NCBI GenBank assembly: GCA_963727175.1
Contig: CAVSFD010000002.1
Location: forward strand, 4,403,071-4,467,070
Direction: 5' to 3'
Source: an uncultured Spirochaetota bacterium
GTDB lineage: Bacteria; Spirochaetota; UBA4802; UBA5550
Length of the DNA: 64,000 bases
Every line of letters starts with the position of its first letter. Position 1 is the first letter of the stretch. The notes beneath the pieces are model-generated. The model did no database searches, had not been told where the DNA came from, and saw only the letters and a program-made list of their open reading frames with translations. Shown piece after piece: positions 52,343 to 61,624 of this stretch. Made by a program: the position numbers and the translations under genes.

Positions 52343-53341
52343 CTATTTTTCGAAGAGATTGCTGATCTTCTGCCTTATTGAAAGAATAATCTCCGACCTT
52401 TCCGACGTGCAGAACTCGTAGATGGCGCGGGCCACCTCCGGAGCCCTGAGGTACCCGTACAGCTTGTGAGGGAACCGCTCGCCATTGATCTCATAATTAT
52501 TGTAAATGAGGGTGTCCTTCGGGACGACGCCATGGGAATTAGGCCGGTAATCATCACCAAGGTTGTAGTTAATCGCCACCGGGTCATCAAGGTCGGAATA
52601 ATTATACCATCCTTTCCGGATGTTCTCCGGAGTCACGGGCTTCTGCTCCTTTTTGTAATCCCTGCCCTGCTCAATCAGGACCTTCTTTAAAATCAATGGC
52701 ATCGCCAGGGGTGACCCGATAGTTATCAGCGTATTTATTGAGACATCCGGCGTTGTCTGTGATAGCACATCAAAGGATATAATCGTGCCCATGGAATGGG
52801 CTATGAGCAGGATGTCCCTGTCGCGGTACTTGCGCAGGACTTCCGCAAGTCTCATCCTGATGGCGTCCCGTGCCAGCAGACCCCGGTATCGGGTTACGGG
52901 ACAGTCCTTGTGATAATAGAGGTCGAGGTCCTTGAAGAGATTGCGGATAAGGATATTGGCAATCTTGTCAAAATTAATAAAGCTGTCCTCTTTGAAATAC
53001 ATTTTATCCAGCCGCTTTTCCAATCTGTCCAGGACCTTCTTCTTCATTTTACTCGGTTTGAAATTCATGTAATCATCCGGGTTCCCGGGCAGATACGGGT
53101 CATCAAAATATGTGTCTTTCTTTTTATCTGGTTCCTTGGGATCCTGAGGCAATTCGTGCATCAGGTCAGCCCAATAAACAAGCTTTAACGTGAAAGGAGT
53201 CCCTTTCTTCTGGATTGTTTTAAATCCTTCGCGGATGGAAGCCTTACACCATGTTTCCAGTACTTTTTTTTCCGGCTTGTTGGCCAGTCCGTGGATGCAG
53301 ATAATTATCTTCTTCTTGAACATTTTGTCAAATATGCTCAT
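52343..53341 (-). CDS. Alpha/beta hydrolase (lipase-like)
   Basis: IHGL, AHSMG, TIGSPL, W.N..D.DD.VA, H..YGYL; start ATG 53341 after GGAGG. Confidence 0.8.
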   Translation of the reverse strand: MSIFDKMFKKKIIICIHGLANKPEKKVLETWCKASIREGFKTIQKKGTPFTLKLVYWADLMHELPQDPKEPDKKKDTYFDDPYLPGNPDDYMNFKPSKMKKKVLDRLEKRLDKMYFKEDSFINFDKIANILIRNLFKDLDLYYHKDCPVTRYRGLLARDAIRMRLAEVLRKYRDRDILLIAHSMGTIISFDVLSQTTPDVSINTLITIGSPLAMPLILKKVLIEQGRDYKKEQKPVTPENIRKGWYNYSDLDDPVAINYNLGDDYRPNSHGVVPKDTLIYNNYEINGERFPHKLYGYLRAPEVARAIYEFCTSERSEIILSIRQKISNLFEK

Positions 53342-53463
53342 GAGTAACAGCCTCCAACAAAGTTCTGAAATGATCTGTTCAATTGATACGTATTTATCAC
53401 CCTGACTTACAGCCTGTCCAGACTTTTGTGTTTTTACAGTTTTTTTTTTCATTGGATGTGCAA

Positions 53464-53504
53464 GGGGTCAGAGTAAAATCATTCTACCGATAACTATCGG
53501 TACG
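53464..53504 (-). repeat. Right copy of inverted repeat bracketing the 41-53 kb cluster
   Basis: GGGGTCAGAGTAAAATCATTCTACCGATAACTATCGGTACG. Confidence 0.75.
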
Positions 53505-53531
53505 GCGTCAGAGAAACAGGTAAAAATGACC

Positions 53532-53560
53532 TTGACACTCTTTACAGTAGAAAGTACATT
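53532..53560 (+). promoter_or_regulatory. Sigma70-type promoter
   Basis: TTGACA-17 bp-TACATT upstream of 53594. Confidence 0.55.
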
Positions 53561-53593
53561 AAAAATATAAGAAGAAAAGAAAGAGATATATCA

Positions 53594-54028
53594 ATGAAAC
53601 ATGGTCGCCTCGTTCCGTACTTGCTCCTTTTCGCATTCATTTCAGTCCCTGCGCCTACCCGTCCGGAAATCACTTTACCTGTCAAAGCAAAGATCAAGAT
53701 ATTCTGGCGCTATGTCCCGGCTGACATGAATCCGCTTGATATCAGGGGGGCCTTCAAGCACAACGGCATTGTAACGGCTTCCAAATCGCCGTTAGGCGGG
53801 GGTGGAATAACGGGAAAACAAATAGTCTCTCTCATTAAAAAAAAATCCAACGATAAAACGATTCTTCGTTATCGGGCCCTTTTGCTGAAAGACGGGGAAG
53901 ATCCGGCAAACAGGCCGACTCTGGCATCGATAGTTGTGAGGGAAGACAACAGTCTTTATAACAGCTATGTGATAAAGAACAATAACGGCGACCCGGCGCT
54001 CTATGTCGACGTGCTGGTTTCGAAGTAG
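53594..54028 (+). CDS. Hypothetical secreted protein
   Basis: Signal-peptide-like N-terminus; upstream promoter. Confidence 0.55.
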   Translation: MKHGRLVPYLLLFAFISVPAPTRPEITLPVKAKIKIFWRYVPADMNPLDIRGAFKHNGIVTASKSPLGGGGITGKQIVSLIKKKSNDKTILRYRALLLKDGEDPANRPTLASIVVREDNSLYNSYVIKNNNGDPALYVDVLVSK

Positions 54029-54067
54029 CATCAACGGCATGGGATAAACCGGTTAGGTCATCTGGAT

Positions 54068-54463
54068 ATGCGAAAACTCATCACCAACATCCTGCTCTGT
54101 CACCTGGGCCTGATCCTGGTCCTGGCGGCGCCGGCAGCATCACTGGACCAGGTCGTCAAACTGTACATCTGCCAGACGGAGCACGACCTGGAAGAGATCA
54201 CATCCTGTGAATACTCGGACCCGGAAAAATACCGCCGGGTTACAAAAAACGGGAAGCTCACCCCCCTGGAGGCAGCGCAGGAATCCGCCGGCACCTTTGT
54301 TTCAATGGACAGGATACAATGCGATGCCGACAACAGGCTGGTGATTGAAAAATCCAGCGGCGAAGGAAAAACGAAAACATCCTCCCTGCACCCGCTGGAA
54401 AAGGCCGAGCTTGAACAGTACTGCCCGAGGACATTAAAAAAATACGGCCACCCCTGCCGTTAA
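54068..54463 (+). CDS. Hypothetical secreted Cys-containing protein
   Basis: Signal peptide (..AAPAAS), five Cys in the mature part. Confidence 0.55.
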   Translation: MRKLITNILLCHLGLILVLAAPAASLDQVVKLYICQTEHDLEEITSCEYSDPEKYRRVTKNGKLTPLEAAQESAGTFVSMDRIQCDADNRLVIEKSSGEGKTKTSSLHPLEKAELEQYCPRTLKKYGHPCR

Positions 54464-54466
54464 AGC

Positions 54467-54492
54467 AAAAAGCGACGATGGGTATCGTCGCT
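54467..54492 (-). terminator. Intrinsic terminator of the flg operon
   Basis: AAAA-AGCGACGAT-GGGT-ATCGTCGCT gives stem plus U-tract on the minus strand. Confidence 0.55.
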
Positions 54493-54545
54493 CATATTAA
54501 TTATCATGGAGCGCCGCACTGACGCGCCGATGTTGCTCTTTTTTG

Positions 54546-54968
54546 CTAGACCTTCCGCTTCAGCTCATCATAGAGCATCTTTGCCATGCCGAGGTTTGAA
54601 TTGCGGGAGAGGCTCATGGCGTACTCATCATAGAGCATGTCTTCGAATATCTCCTCGGCGAAGCCGCCGTTCATCCAGCCGGTCTTCTGCACGGATTTCC
54701 GCATCTCCTTGAGCATCCTTCCCACCAGGAGGGATTCCATCTCCACGCAGGCGTCCCAGAGACGCTTCTCCTGTTTTGCGTGTTTTGAATTGTCCTTCCG
54801 GGGAACGCCGCTGCCATCACTGACGGCCTTCGACAGGATCCTGTCGAAAGAGGAGCCGCCCGCATCAGAGGCAGGCAGCGCCTTCGCGGGAACCCTTACC
54901 AGTTTTGACGCCACATCTTCATCGCTGATCCGCGAATTCGCCAGGGGTGTTGTTCCCAGTGCCAGCAT
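54546..54968 (-). CDS. flgJ: FlgJ-like rod-binding protein (no muramidase domain)
   Basis: AC.EMESL....MLKEMRKSV, EEIFEDMLYDEYA, LGMAKMLY; follows flgI. Confidence 0.85.
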   Translation of the reverse strand: MLALGTTPLANSRISDEDVASKLVRVPAKALPASDAGGSSFDRILSKAVSDGSGVPRKDNSKHAKQEKRLWDACVEMESLLVGRMLKEMRKSVQKTGWMNGGFAEEIFEDMLYDEYAMSLSRNSNLGMAKMLYDELKRKV

Positions 54969-54971
54969 ACG

Positions 54972-55973
54972 TTACCTCACTATCAATTCAGCATGGAGAG
55001 CGCCGGAAGCCTCGAGCGCTTTCAGTATGGATATGATATCCGCCGTGGTCGCGCCGGTAGCGTTCAGCGAATCGACAAGCTCCTTAACCGACGCGGAATC
55101 CTTCAATTCAGTCGCGGAAACCTTCTTGCCGGTTTCCTTTATTTCCACCGTGAGACCTTCCCTGCTCACCATGGCGGCCGATATCTTCACCTCGCCGCCG
55201 GTGACGATGGTGCCGTCGCGCTCGTTGACCACGACCTTTGCGCGGTACGCCGGAGCGACCTCGATATTTTCAATGTTTGATATGAATTCCGGTATGCTGA
55301 TGTTTTTCAGCAGGGTGACCTGGATCCTTCCTCCCGGGGCCAACACCGGCTTCGATTCCGGGTACTTGTTCGCCACCGCCTTGATGATGCTGTTCCCCAC
55401 GGTATAGTCCCATTCCCTGAGGACGATAAAGATCTTGTTGTCATCCTCCCTGTCATTCTTGTCGCGGAACACTATTTCCGGATATATTTCCCGTTCCACC
55501 ACGGCGCCGCCGTCGATCTGGGCTACGGTGCGGACGCTCCTCCGCTCGTTTTTTATCCTCGGCACCGCGAGCGTCCCCTGGGCCACCGCGTAGATGGCGC
55601 CGTCGCCGCCCCGCAGGGGCGACTGTACCAGTATGCCGCCTTCGAGTGACTTGGCGTCGCCGATGGAGGACACCGTCACGTCGATCCGGTCACCGACGCG
55701 CACGAAGGCCGGGAGTCTTCCCGTGACGAGGACCGCCGCCGTGTTGGCCGACGTGATATCATCCCCCTCCATGCCGAGGTTTTTCAGGAGATTCTTCAGG
55801 GACGACCTGGTCAGGGGCGATTTCCTCGTATCACCGGTGCCCGGAAGCCCGACGACAAGACCGTAGCCGAAGACCTGGTTCTCCTTGAGCCCGTCTATGT
55901 AGGATATGTCCTTGATCTTGACCGACACCTCGGTATGTCCGGATACGGCGGTCAGCAACAACAGTGCGATCAT
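54972..55973 (-). CDS. flgI: Flagellar P-ring protein
   Basis: IKDI..I.G..ENQ..GYGLVVGL.GTGD, SSIGDAKSLEGG, VVVNERDGTIV, GALHAEL; true start may be ~55995 with a homopolymer slip. Confidence 0.93.
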   Translation of the reverse strand: MIALLLLTAVSGHTEVSVKIKDISYIDGLKENQVFGYGLVVGLPGTGDTRKSPLTRSSLKNLLKNLGMEGDDITSANTAAVLVTGRLPAFVRVGDRIDVTVSSIGDAKSLEGGILVQSPLRGGDGAIYAVAQGTLAVPRIKNERRSVRTVAQIDGGAVVEREIYPEIVFRDKNDREDDNKIFIVLREWDYTVGNSIIKAVANKYPESKPVLAPGGRIQVTLLKNISIPEFISNIENIEVAPAYRAKVVVNERDGTIVTGGEVKISAAMVSREGLTVEIKETGKKVSATELKDSASVKELVDSLNATGATTADIISILKALEASGALHAELIVR

Positions 55974-55999
55974 GAACAGTGACCTTTTTCATCATGGCA

Positions 56000-56626
56000 T
56001 TACCGCGTGAGCTCCCCGAGCATTTTCCGTAAGTAATCTATTATAATGGTCTGTTTTTCCTGTTCGGTCAGGCTGCTGCTGGCGGCCTCGTCCTTTTTAA
56101 GCGGGGGCCGCTGGATATTGAGGCCCTGCTTGATGCCCCGTATCTCCAGCGTGAAATCAGCCACGCTGCTGGAATCGACGGCCCGTCCTTTCATCATGGC
56201 CGGATCAACGAGGCCGGTCACGGTAATTATGCTGTTGGCACCGTTCAGCGTATAGGTGCGGCTTCCGGCCACGTTCAGCATGGGTCCCACCTTGTTCAGG
56301 ACCCGGGTGGCAATGGAAAAGGCCAGCTTCCCCTTGACCTGGAACTGGGTGCTGTCGTCATTGTTAATTTTCTTCTGCATTGCCACTTTCGGCAGGAAAC
56401 CGGTTATGGTCATGTCCGGGTTCGACGACACGATGGAATTGCTCTTGTCGTTCATGGACAGGGTAAACTTCATGTCGGAAACATCATTCACGTTGACCAC
56501 GACCACGGTGCCGACCTTGATGTCCCCTTCCGACGTGTAGGGATTCCGGTCCTTCCAGATGGTCCTGGCGTTAAGGATGCAGCCGAAAAGTATGATTACG
56601 ATATATGCTATTAATGCTTTTCTCAT
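56000..56626 (-). CDS. flgH: Flagellar L-ring protein FlgH-like
   Basis: Position between flgA and flgI; VG..V.V, V.GSR, ITVTGLVDP, VDSSSVAD. Confidence 0.75.
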   Translation of the reverse strand: MRKALIAYIVIILFGCILNARTIWKDRNPYTSEGDIKVGTVVVVNVNDVSDMKFTLSMNDKSNSIVSSNPDMTITGFLPKVAMQKKINNDDSTQFQVKGKLAFSIATRVLNKVGPMLNVAGSRTYTLNGANSIITVTGLVDPAMMKGRAVDSSSVADFTLEIRGIKQGLNIQRPPLKKDEAASSSLTEQEKQTIIIDYLRKMLGELTR

Positions 56627-57126
56627 AAGGCCAGCTCGACCACCCGTTCATTCAATATCCTGCCGCGCGACACGGTTGTGCCCTTGAGTTTTACCGGAAT
56701 CTCCTCACCGACAGCGCCATCCTGAAGGGCCGTGCCGGTCTGTTCAACGCGGACCCGGGAACTGACGACCTGGAACCGCACCAGGCATCCCTTGCGGACC
56801 ACGACCCGGGGCTCTTCCTGGACCGCCCCGGTCACGGCGTCGCTTACCCTGACGCCGCTTCCGTAAATGTTGACACGCCCCGCCACATGGGCCCTCACCA
56901 GGTCGATCAGCTCTTTACGGTCGATATATCCGTCCGCGAAAAGGGTGTCCTCGATGCCTATTGAGCCGACCTTCGCCGCCTCATCGTCGCCGTCAATTGT
57001 TCCCAGGTCGTTCAAGACCAGGGCATTTTTTCCGCGGTCAACCCGGGGGTACAGGTATATGGTAACCTCCGCGTATACAGCCGCGGTGGTCAGGAGCAGA
57101 AACATGATGAAGCAGAGGATCTTCAT
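56623..57126 (-). CDS. flgA: FlgA-like P-ring assembly chaperone (short)
   Basis: VVRKG..V, GTALQDGAVGEEIPV SAF-like C-terminus. Confidence 0.75.
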   Translation of the reverse strand: MKILCFIMFLLLTTAAVYAEVTIYLYPRVDRGKNALVLNDLGTIDGDDEAAKVGSIGIEDTLFADGYIDRKELIDLVRAHVAGRVNIYGSGVRVSDAVTGAVQEEPRVVVRKGCLVRFQVVSSRVRVEQTGTALQDGAVGEEIPVKLKGTTVSRGRILNERVVELAL

Positions 57127-57920
57127 TACCGCTTCAATCCTATCGCGGTTCCCAGCATCGAATCGGAGGTCTGGATGGCCTTGGAGTTCACCTCGTAGGC
57201 CCTCTGGGCCACGATCATGTTGACCATCTCCTCGACGATCTTGACGTTGGACATTTCGAGGAAACCCTGGTGCGTTTTTGCCATGCCGTCTATGCCCGGC
57301 ATTCCGGCGATCTCCTCGCCCGAGGCGGGCGTGGTCTTGAAGAGGTTGCCGCCGATGCTCTGGAGGCCGGCGGGGTTAATGAAGCGGTAGATCTCGATCT
57401 GCCCCACTTCGACCGGGTCCTCTTCGCCAATCACCTTCACCGTCACCTTGCCGGTCTGGCTGATGGCGAGGCTCTCGGCGATGAAGTTCTCAGGAAGGAC
57501 CAGAGGCGGCTCAAGGAGGTACCCGTTGGCCGTCACCACCTGGCGGTTTGAATCTATCTTGAACGAGCCGTCGCGCGTGTAGGCAAAGGTCCCGTCATAG
57601 AGCTGTATCTTAAAAAAGCCCTCTCCCTCGAGGGCGAGATCGAGCTTGTTTTCCGTGGACTGGAGGCTTCCCTGGGAGAACATCTTCTGCGTGGCCGAGA
57701 CCTTCACGCCGTGTCCCACCTGTATCCCCGTCGGAACTTCTGACACTTCCGTAGCCGGGGTTCCCGCCATGAGGAGAGTCTGGTAGATAAGATCCTCGAA
57801 CTCGGCCCTCATCTTTTTGAAACCGGTGGTATTGACGTTGGCCAGGTTGTTCGATATGGTATCGATATTAAACTGCTGACCCACCATGCCTGACGCCGCG
57901 GTCCACAATGATCTCATCAT
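57126..57920 (-). CDS. flgG: Flagellar distal rod protein FlgG
   Basis: MRSLWTAASGM, ISNNLANVNTTGFK, YTRDGSF, LEMSNV, QRAYEVNSKAIQTSD. Confidence 0.97.
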   Translation of the reverse strand: MMRSLWTAASGMVGQQFNIDTISNNLANVNTTGFKKMRAEFEDLIYQTLLMAGTPATEVSEVPTGIQVGHGVKVSATQKMFSQGSLQSTENKLDLALEGEGFFKIQLYDGTFAYTRDGSFKIDSNRQVVTANGYLLEPPLVLPENFIAESLAISQTGKVTVKVIGEEDPVEVGQIEIYRFINPAGLQSIGGNLFKTTPASGEEIAGMPGIDGMAKTHQGFLEMSNVKIVEEMVNMIVAQRAYEVNSKAIQTSDSMLGTAIGLKR

Positions 57921-58258
57921 AATTGTTCACCCCTGTACGGATTTAATATGCCGGTTTGGACCGGCTGTTTGTCAAAAAAACATTTGACTTATAATTAATT
58001 CTTCCAAACGATTGTTTATTCTAACTCTCTTATTATTTTCGGATAAAAAACTCCTGGAAAATACGATTTTTTGATTAAAAATCACTATTTTCGTTAATGG
58101 CGGTAACCGGTACTGTCGCATAAACTCATAATTATTTATAGTTTTCCGCGCCGCCTCCGGAGGCGGGAACAACTATCACTGATTATCGGTTTTTACAACA
58201 AGCCTGCTTTTTATCCGGAAAAACACATGCAAAAAATATAAAGAGGAGACCTGACATT

Positions 58259-58963
58259 ATGTTACACAAGGTAATCAGCGTATTATCATGCTGTCTTGCC
58301 CTTATCATCGGATGCGCGGGGGCGGAACAGAACCTTAAGCGCGAAACGCCCGATCTGGCGAAAAGCATTGTCATAACCGGCCCTGCCGGGAATACCTATA
58401 AGGCATTCTGGCCCGACAAGTCGTTGATGGCGGAAGGACCTGTTGTCGGAAATAAAAAGAACGGACAATGGAAATTATACTTCATGGGTACCGGGGGCAA
58501 ATCCGTAATGGCTGAAATCATTTTCAGGGATGATATGATCGACGGCAAGATGAAGGAATTTTATCCTTCCGGGAAAATGATGGTTGAATCAGAATATAAA
58601 ATGGGCGTCCTCAACGGCAGATACATGTCATACTACGAATCGGGCATCGGCAGGGTCGAAGCCTACTATAAAGAAGGCAGGAAGACAGGAAAAGCCTTCG
58701 AGTATTACGATAACGGCAACACGAAAGAGAACGCCTACTACCAGAACGACCTGCGCGACGGCATGTCTACCACCTTCCATTACAATGGCAAGCGCGAGGC
58801 CATGGGCCGTTATATCGCGGGAAAGAAAAATGGCCTGTGGGATCATTTCGATCAGGAAATGGGGATGCTGGAGGCCCGGGGGATGTACACCAACGACAAA
58901 AAGACCGGCAAGTGGACTTTTTACGATAAAAGCGGCAAAGTGACCGAAAAAACATTCGATTAA
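58259..58963 (+). CDS. MORN-variant repeat lipoprotein
   Basis: IIGC lipobox; repeated G..NG....YY..G units. Confidence 0.8.
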   Translation: MLHKVISVLSCCLALIIGCAGAEQNLKRETPDLAKSIVITGPAGNTYKAFWPDKSLMAEGPVVGNKKNGQWKLYFMGTGGKSVMAEIIFRDDMIDGKMKEFYPSGKMMVESEYKMGVLNGRYMSYYESGIGRVEAYYKEGRKTGKAFEYYDNGNTKENAYYQNDLRDGMSTTFHYNGKREAMGRYIAGKKNGLWDHFDQEMGMLEARGMYTNDKKTGKWTFYDKSGKVTEKTFD

Positions 58964-58969
58964 TCTCCC

Positions 58970-59593
58970 ATGAAACTGGTGCTCATCGGACCGCCCGGGT
59001 CAGGCAAGGGAACACAGGCGCTGAAGTTAAAGGAAAAGTATGGTATACCCCACCTTTCATCAGGGGACGTCCTGCGTTCACAGGTGGCGGCCGGAACGGA
59101 ATTCGGGAAAAAGATAAAGGTCTACATGGACCGGGGTGAGATCGGCCCGGCGGAGCTCATTACCGAGGTGATCCTCCACCACCTGGCCGGTAACTGCCCC
59201 GGCGGCTTCATCCTCGACGGGTTCCCCCGTACCCTGTACCAGGCGGAAAAGCTCTCGGAGCGGCACCGCATGGATGCGGCCCTGTTTATCAATGTTTCAG
59301 AGAGGGAAATCATATCGCGCGTCACCGGCCGGCGCACCTGTAAAAACTGCGGCGCCATCTACCACATAAAAACAAAACCTCCGCACACCGCCGGCATTTG
59401 TGATTCCTGCGGCGGTCCCCTCTACCATCGGCCCGACGACAACGAGGAAACAATCCTCAACCGGATACGCGTTTACGACAATGAAACCCGTCCGGTCCTT
59501 GAATACTACCGCAGAGCCGGTCTTCTTCATGATATAAACGGAGAGCAGGACGCGGAGGTCATTTTCAGGGAGATCGTCGGGCTGCTCGGGTAA
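58970..59593 (+). CDS. adk: Adenylate kinase
   Basis: GPPGSGKGTQA, LSSGD, LDGFPRT, zinc LID CxxC..CxxC, RPDD. Confidence 0.95.
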   Translation: MKLVLIGPPGSGKGTQALKLKEKYGIPHLSSGDVLRSQVAAGTEFGKKIKVYMDRGEIGPAELITEVILHHLAGNCPGGFILDGFPRTLYQAEKLSERHRMDAALFINVSEREIISRVTGRRTCKNCGAIYHIKTKPPHTAGICDSCGGPLYHRPDDNEETILNRIRVYDNETRPVLEYYRRAGLLHDINGEQDAEVIFREIVGLLG

Positions 59594-59616
59594 GCGCGGT
59601 TTTAAAACCGCGCTTA
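59591..59616. repeat. Perfect 26-bp palindrome at the adk stop (REP-like or terminator)
   Basis: TAAGCGCGGTTTTAAAACCGCGCTTA. Confidence 0.6.
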
Positions 59617-59649
59617 TCTGGAAACTCGCTTTCTGACCGCGCCTATCTG

Positions 59650-60678
59650 CTACAGGATATCAGCCATTTCCAGGATAAACCGTTCCGAATCCTCCCAGCC
59701 CAGGCAGGGATCGGTGATCGATTTGCCGAATTCGTCACCCGACGGGTCCTGCGAGCCCTCCAGGAGATAGCTCTCCACCATGAAGCCCTTCACCATCTTT
59801 CTCAGGAGTTCGGAATACTTCACGCTCCGCATCACCTCCATGATGATGCGCGGCTGTTCGCGAAACTTTTTGCCGGAATTCGAGTGATTCGCATCGATGA
59901 TAATTGACGGGTTGTCCAGCGAACGATCAAGGTACATTTCTGTCAGGACTATCAGGTCCTCGTAGTGATAGTTGGGGAAATGGTTCCCGTACCGGTCCAC
60001 GGAGCCGCGCACCACGCCATGGGCCAGGGGATTGCCGCTGGTGGCCACCTCCCAGCCGTTATAAACAAAGGTATGGGGCTGCTGAGCCGCATAGATAGAA
60101 TCGATCATGACGCGCATATCCCCCGATGTCGGGTTTTTCAGGCCCACGGGCACGTCCAGGCCGCTCACGGTTAGGCGGTGCTCTTGGTTTTCCACGGAAC
60201 GTGCCCCTACCGCCACGTAGGACAGGATATCGGCCAGGTATGGATAGTTGCCCGGATAGAGCATCTCGTCGGCTGCCGGCAGGTGGGAAATCTCAAGGGA
60301 CCTGATGTGCATTTCCCTGATAGCCAGGAGCCCCTTGGTCATATCGGGCTTTTCGCGGTGGTCCGGCTGATGCAGCATCCCCTTGTAGCCTTTACCGGTA
60401 GTGCGGGGTTTGTTCGTGTAAATCCGGGGCATGAGGACCAGCTTGTCCTTCACCCGGTCCTGGAGCTTCGACAGCCTCGACACGTATTCATAGACCGCCT
60501 CCGCGTGGTGGGCCGAGCAGGGCCCGATCAGTACCAGCATACGGCTGTCGTTGCCGGTAAAGATGTTTCGTATCAATTCATCCCGTTTCTTTTTAACGTC
60601 CTGAAGATCGACCGGGAGCGGGTTGCTCTCCAGTATTTCCCCCGGTGACGGATACTTGCGAATGTAATTCAGACTCAT
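59650..60678 (-). CDS. 3-deoxy-7-phosphoheptulonate (DAHP) synthase, class I-alpha
   Basis: IGPCSA, KPRTT, GARS.E.Q.HR, KNPTSG, DANHSNS, SITDPCLGW; start ATG 60678 after GGAGG. Confidence 0.94.
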   Translation of the reverse strand: MSLNYIRKYPSPGEILESNPLPVDLQDVKKKRDELIRNIFTGNDSRMLVLIGPCSAHHAEAVYEYVSRLSKLQDRVKDKLVLMPRIYTNKPRTTGKGYKGMLHQPDHREKPDMTKGLLAIREMHIRSLEISHLPAADEMLYPGNYPYLADILSYVAVGARSVENQEHRLTVSGLDVPVGLKNPTSGDMRVMIDSIYAAQQPHTFVYNGWEVATSGNPLAHGVVRGSVDRYGNHFPNYHYEDLIVLTEMYLDRSLDNPSIIIDANHSNSGKKFREQPRIIMEVMRSVKYSELLRKMVKGFMVESYLLEGSQDPSGDEFGKSITDPCLGWEDSERFILEMADIL

Positions 60679-60707
60679 GGTATTCCCTCCTGATAATAAA
60701 AAACAGG

Positions 60708-60771
60708 GCCACCCTGAGCCTGTCAAAGGTGACCCCTGCCGCGGGTCATGCTTCGACATGCTCAGCATGAC
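60708..60771. repeat. REP-like palindrome (CTGAGC.TGTCGAAG type)
   Basis: GCCACCCTGAGCCTGTCAAAG ... CTTCGACATGCTCAGCATGAC. Confidence 0.6.
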
Positions 60772-60814
60772 CTCCTATGGTATATGTTCTCACATGCCGA
60801 GCCTAACGGTTATC

Positions 60815-61624
60815 CTAACTAAAATACTCCACCGCGTTCTTAAATATGGCAAATCCGTCAGCATCCTCAGGCATGTTCTTTCCCTCCCGTGCGAGCATTT
60901 CCCGCATATTCGTCCAGTCATCGCGCTGAGTGAAAAACATCCCCCGCTCAGGGTGCGGCATCATACCCATGATCCTTCCTGACCTGTCGCAGATTGAAGC
61001 GATATCATTCATCGATCCGTTCGGGTTGGAGGGGAACTCGCCTCCGGCCGGCTTCCCGTCCGGCTTCACGTAGCGCATGGTCACCTGGCCGCTCTTCTCT
61101 ATGCGGCGCAGCATTTCGATCGGGGCAAAGAAATTTCCTTCGCCGTGGGCCACCGGGATATGGAGCCGCTTGATGCCGCGCGTGAACACTGATGGAGAAC
61201 CCGCCTCAACGGCCAGGTCCACCCAGCGGCACTGGTACCGGAAGGTCTTATTGTGCTCGAGGGCCGCTTCCGCCTCGCCGGTAAAGCCGTCCAGTGCGGG
61301 GATGATCCCGATATTAATCATGACCTGGAACCCGTTGCATATCCCCAGCATCAGGGTATCGCGATCGGTAAAACGCCGCACCTCATCCATGAGGTTGTTC
61401 TTGATCCGGTTTCCCAGGGCCTTGCCGCTCCCCGTGTCGTCGCCGTAGGAAAAGCCGCCGGGAAAGGCAAAAACCTGGTACCGGTCAAGGAGCGCCCGGT
61501 TCTCAATCAGGTCATTGATGTGGACGATGTCCGCGTCAGCGCCCGCTTTGCGGAAAGCGAAGGCGGTTTCATCATCACAGTTGATGCCGTATCCGGTCAG
61601 CACTAGTACTCTTGGTTTAGCCAT
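60815..61624 (-). CDS. purQ: Phosphoribosylformylglycinamidine synthase glutaminase subunit
   Basis: GINCD.ET, PGGFSYGD, GICNGFQ, AHGEG, NPNGS, MMPHPER. Confidence 0.96.
   Translation of the reverse strand: MAKPRVLVLTGYGINCDDETAFAFRKAGADADIVHINDLIENRALLDRYQVFAFPGGFSYGDDTGSGKALGNRIKNNLMDEVRRFTDRDTLMLGICNGFQVMINIGIIPALDGFTGEAEAALEHNKTFRYQCRWVDLAVEAGSPSVFTRGIKRLHIPVAHGEGNFFAPIEMLRRIEKSGQVTMRYVKPDGKPAGGEFPSNPNGSMNDIASICDRSGRIMGMMPHPERGMFFTQRDDWTNMREMLAREGKNMPEDADGFAIFKNAVEYFS

Noticed and set aside
58259-58963. YwqK-type antitoxin of a toxin-antitoxin system
   Set aside because: Generic MORN-variant lipoprotein with no adjacent toxin.
60679-60768. N-terminal extension of DAHP synthase
   Set aside because: Lies in a REP-like palindrome; GGAGG precedes ATG 60678.
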